This document shows, one piece after another, positions 15,452 to 18,130 of a stretch of 18,130 nt of DNA. Where the stretch lies: positions 9,629 to 27,758 of the forward strand of contig CAZUNO010000030.1 in assembly GCA_964621445.1 (NCBI GenBank). Reading direction: 5' to 3'. The DNA comes from Candidatus Hadarchaeota archaeon. GTDB taxonomy: Archaea > CAYQAE01 > CAYVLA01. Every line of letters starts with the position of its first letter. Position 1 is the first letter of the stretch. The position numbers and the translations under genes were made by a program. The notes beneath the pieces were generated by a model. It was not told where the DNA came from. It searched no databases and saw only the letters and a program-made list of their open reading frames with translations.

Positions 15452-15476
15452 GCCCATCGATGAATGGGTCTTTTCC
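15452..15476 (+). terminator. Weak hairpin + T tract after the GH-like gene
   Basis: GCCCAT-CGATGA-ATGGGT followed by CTTTT. Confidence 0.3.
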
Positions 15477-15540
15477 AGGTCAAATAGTAAAAGGCAGGAA
15501 TAGTTAAGAGCCTTGAGAGCCCCCGCTGGGCCGTGATAGG

Positions 15541-16824
15541 ATGACCGAAGATTCCCGCCTGGCAATTGAGGGAGGCACCCCGACGATCGAGGAGGATCTA
15601 CCTCTCTGGCCCTGGTTTGGTGAGGAGACCATAAGGGCGGCCATGCAGCCCCTTCGTAGCGGGGAGATAAACTACTGGACCGGGGACACGGGAAAGCAGT
15701 TCGAGAGGGAGTTCGCCGAGTGGAACGGTGTATCGCAGGCGGTAACCACCACCAACGGTACCAGTGCACTGCACACCGCGGTTTCCAGCCTGGGAATTGG
15801 ACCCGGGGACGAGGTGATCGTGCCCTCATATACCTTCATCGCTACCTCGTTCTGCGTGGTCCAGGCGGGAGCCATACCCGTATTCGCGGACGTGAGGCGG
15901 GAGGACCACTGCATGGATCCCGATGATCTGGAGAGAAAGATCTCTCCCAGAACCAGGGCAATGATCCCGGTACATCTATACGGAAATCTATGCGACATGG
16001 ACCGGATTAACGAGATCGCCAGCGAGAACGACCTACTTGTGATCGAGGACGCCGCGGAGGCCCACGGTGCCGAATACAGGGGGCAAAAGGCGGGGAGCAT
16101 GGGAGATGCCGGGTGCTTCAGCTTCTGTCAGAACAAGACGTTCACCACCGGCGGGGAGGGCGGCGCGGTGATAACCGATGACCAGGATTTGGCCTGGGAG
16201 TGCAGGTCCTTCCGGGATCACGGGTATGACGTGGAGACCAGGATGTCGCTCCTGGAGGCCGAGGAGAGCCTTCCCTATATACATCAGAGGGTCGGTTTTA
16301 ACTACCGCATGACCGAGATGCAGTCAGCTATAGGTCTCCAGGAGCTCCGTAAGATGGATAACTGGAATCTGCCAAACAGGAGGAGAAATGGGGAAATCCT
16401 ACTCAGGCGGCTAGTCGACTGCGAGCAGATAAGGACGCTTCCAGTTCACAACCGGGAGAAGCGGAACGGGTTCTACGTCTTCCCAGTGGTCCTGAATCTG
16501 GAGAACCTGAGGGTCGACAAATCTCAAATCCTGGAGGCGATGGCCGCCGAGGGTCTGCCCGTGTGGAGGGAGTTCTGGCCCCAGTGCTACAAGGAGAGGG
16601 CGTTCGTTGAGCACAACGGGTTTGGTGAGGTCAGGTTCCCCTTCGAATCCCGTGAATACACCGATCCGGATGCCGTGAGGTACGACCAGGTCTACTGCCC
16701 CAACGCGGCCTGGCTCGAGGACCGGACATTCATCGTCCACTGTTATCCAACCCTGGAGCCGGAACACATGGAGCTAATCGCGGATGGCATACTGAAGGTG
16801 CTTGATTATTACTCGAAGAACTAG
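15541..16824 (+). CDS. DegT/DnrJ/EryC1/StrS family PLP-dependent aminotransferase
   Basis: NGTSALH, GIGPGDEVIVPSYTFIAT, PVHLYG, IEDAAEAHGA, SFCQNKTFTTGGEGG (PLP Lys), GFNYRMTEMQSAIG. Confidence 0.96.
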   Translation: MTEDSRLAIEGGTPTIEEDLPLWPWFGEETIRAAMQPLRSGEINYWTGDTGKQFEREFAEWNGVSQAVTTTNGTSALHTAVSSLGIGPGDEVIVPSYTFIATSFCVVQAGAIPVFADVRREDHCMDPDDLERKISPRTRAMIPVHLYGNLCDMDRINEIASENDLLVIEDAAEAHGAEYRGQKAGSMGDAGCFSFCQNKTFTTGGEGGAVITDDQDLAWECRSFRDHGYDVETRMSLLEAEESLPYIHQRVGFNYRMTEMQSAIGLQELRKMDNWNLPNRRRNGEILLRRLVDCEQIRTLPVHNREKRNGFYVFPVVLNLENLRVDKSQILEAMAAEGLPVWREFWPQCYKERAFVEHNGFGEVRFPFESREYTDPDAVRYDQVYCPNAAWLEDRTFIVHCYPTLEPEHMELIADGILKVLDYYSKN

Positions 16825-16834
16825 AGGCGTTTAG

Positions 16835-17845
16835 ATGGATGAGAACTTGGGATGGGGAGTTATCGGCTGCGGAGGAATTGCAGAGAAGAGGACCATTCCG
16901 GAGGGCATCGTTCCCTCTCCGGGATGTACGGTCGAGGCGGTTATGAGCCCGCACCAGAGCACGGTTGACAGGGTCGGAGATGAGTTCGGGGTGATGGGTA
17001 GGTACACGGATTATGTGGATCTGTTGAGAGATCCAGGCGTAGATGCCGTCTACATAGCCTCGCCCAACTACGCACATAACCAACAGGTACTGTCCGCCGC
17101 CGAGGAGGGCAAGCACGTGCTCTGTGAGAAGCCCCTGGGAATGGATGTCGGGGAGGTCCGGGACATGATATCCGCATGTGAAAGGAATGAAGTGAAGTTC
17201 TCCGCGGGTTTCATGATGAGGTTCCACTCCTGCCACCGGGAGGCAAAAAGGATTATCGATGAGGGACTACTAGGCGAGGTGGTCTTTGCCCGGTTACACT
17301 TCGGGTGCTGGTACCCGGACATGGAGGGGGCATGGCGTCAGGACCCGGAGCTTGGAGGGGGAGGTTGCCTCATGGACCTGGGCATACACGGCATAGATCT
17401 GTTGAGGATGCTACTGGGTGATGTTACCCAGGTCTTTGCGGAGAATCGCACCACCTCATTCAAATATCCGGTTGAGGACTCCTCCCTCGTTAACCTGGTT
17501 TTTGAAAGCGGTTCGCTGGGGGTGGTGGACAGCTTCTTCAACTTGCGACATTCCGGGACGGCCAACGCGCTCGAGATCTACGGGACTCAGGGTTACCTGA
17601 AATCCATCGGTTCCGTAGGCCAGGAATCAACGGGGACCGTTCAATATCGGGATGTATCCGGTCGTGACCGGACCGTGGAGCCGGAGCCACTAAACATGTA
17701 CAGGGGAGAGGTTGAGGACTTTAAACGGGCCATAGAGGAGGGCTCGGATCCCGTCAACTCAGGCTATGAGGGCCTTGAGGACCAAAAGGTGGTCATGGGG
17801 GCTTACGAGTCCTCGGAGAAGGGAAGGAGGGTTTTTCTGGAGTAG
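16835..17845 (+). CDS. Gfo/Idh/MocA family NAD(P)-dependent oxidoreductase
   Basis: GVIGCGGIA, DAVYIASPN..H, GKHVLCEKP, WR.DPE.GGGG.LMDLGIHGIDL; 10 nt after the aminotransferase. Confidence 0.96.
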   Translation: MDENLGWGVIGCGGIAEKRTIPEGIVPSPGCTVEAVMSPHQSTVDRVGDEFGVMGRYTDYVDLLRDPGVDAVYIASPNYAHNQQVLSAAEEGKHVLCEKPLGMDVGEVRDMISACERNEVKFSAGFMMRFHSCHREAKRIIDEGLLGEVVFARLHFGCWYPDMEGAWRQDPELGGGGCLMDLGIHGIDLLRMLLGDVTQVFAENRTTSFKYPVEDSSLVNLVFESGSLGVVDSFFNLRHSGTANALEIYGTQGYLKSIGSVGQESTGTVQYRDVSGRDRTVEPEPLNMYRGEVEDFKRAIEEGSDPVNSGYEGLEDQKVVMGAYESSEKGRRVFLE

Positions 17846-17857
17846 TAGGCGTATCGC

Positions 17858-18130
17858 CTAGAACCATGTGATTTGCTGGTCGCAGATAAACCTCTTTACC
17901 CGTTTCCAGAGAGTATGACCGCCCCTGTAGTGGCCCCGTTGATATAGAGGGCAATTCTTCCCCGATGGATCAATCCACACCACCTCGTTTCCCCTTCGAA
18001 CAACCGTGTAATCCATCCCGGCGATGGTGAGCTTGTCCGTTCTCTCGTGAATTGGGAACTCGAGGCAGACCTGATCACCGCCCTTGACGGAACCGATCAG
18101 GGCGTATCTATCGTTGTATCTCAACTGGCG
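17858..18130 (-). CDS. C-terminus of a probable GH127/beta-L-arabinofuranosidase-like protein (partial, starts outside the window)
   Basis: RYA.IG.VKGGDQV.LEFPI.ERT......Y....RGNEVV.IDP.G..CPLYQR resembles the C-terminal beta-domain of GH127-like proteins; the frame is open to the edge. Confidence 0.6.
   Translation of the reverse strand, partial: RQLRYNDRYALIGSVKGGDQVCLEFPIHERTDKLTIAGMDYTVVRRGNEVVWIDPSGKNCPLYQRGHYRGGHTLWKRVKRFICDQQITWF

Overview
Accessory, mosaic region, most likely archaeal (GGAGGTGA Shine-Dalgarno sites, TATA-type promoters, archaeosortase-like C-termini); the lineage cannot be fixed from sequence alone. Left to right: the end of a probable IS element (transposase N-terminus running off the window, a divergent 92-aa Cas2/VapD-like passenger gene with extreme A/C skew, and a candidate terminal repeat); an intact acr3-arsR cassette; a truncated, triply broken GH-like surface-protein pseudogene; an intact membrane-anchored GATase1/DUF1355-like protein; a decayed ABC transporter + DUF1854 pair; a large secreted FG-GAP/PQQ-like propeller protein; a frameshifted paralog of the GATase-like protein; a hidden second, decayed acr3-arsC remnant; an AbrB-PIN toxin-antitoxin pair with a perfect palindromic operator; a truncated metallophosphoesterase; a GNAT; a membrane protein; and a sugar-metabolism block (GH-like beta-propeller, DegT aminotransferase, Gfo/Idh/MocA, GH127-like C-terminus). 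Best leads: the IS with a Cas2-like passenger and strand skew, a shared W..EIPE+hydrophobic C-terminal sorting signal on two unrelated proteins, and a paralogous GATase-like membrane protein family. No rRNA, tRNA or CRISPR array was seen. Family calls come from motif recognition by eye, not database searches.
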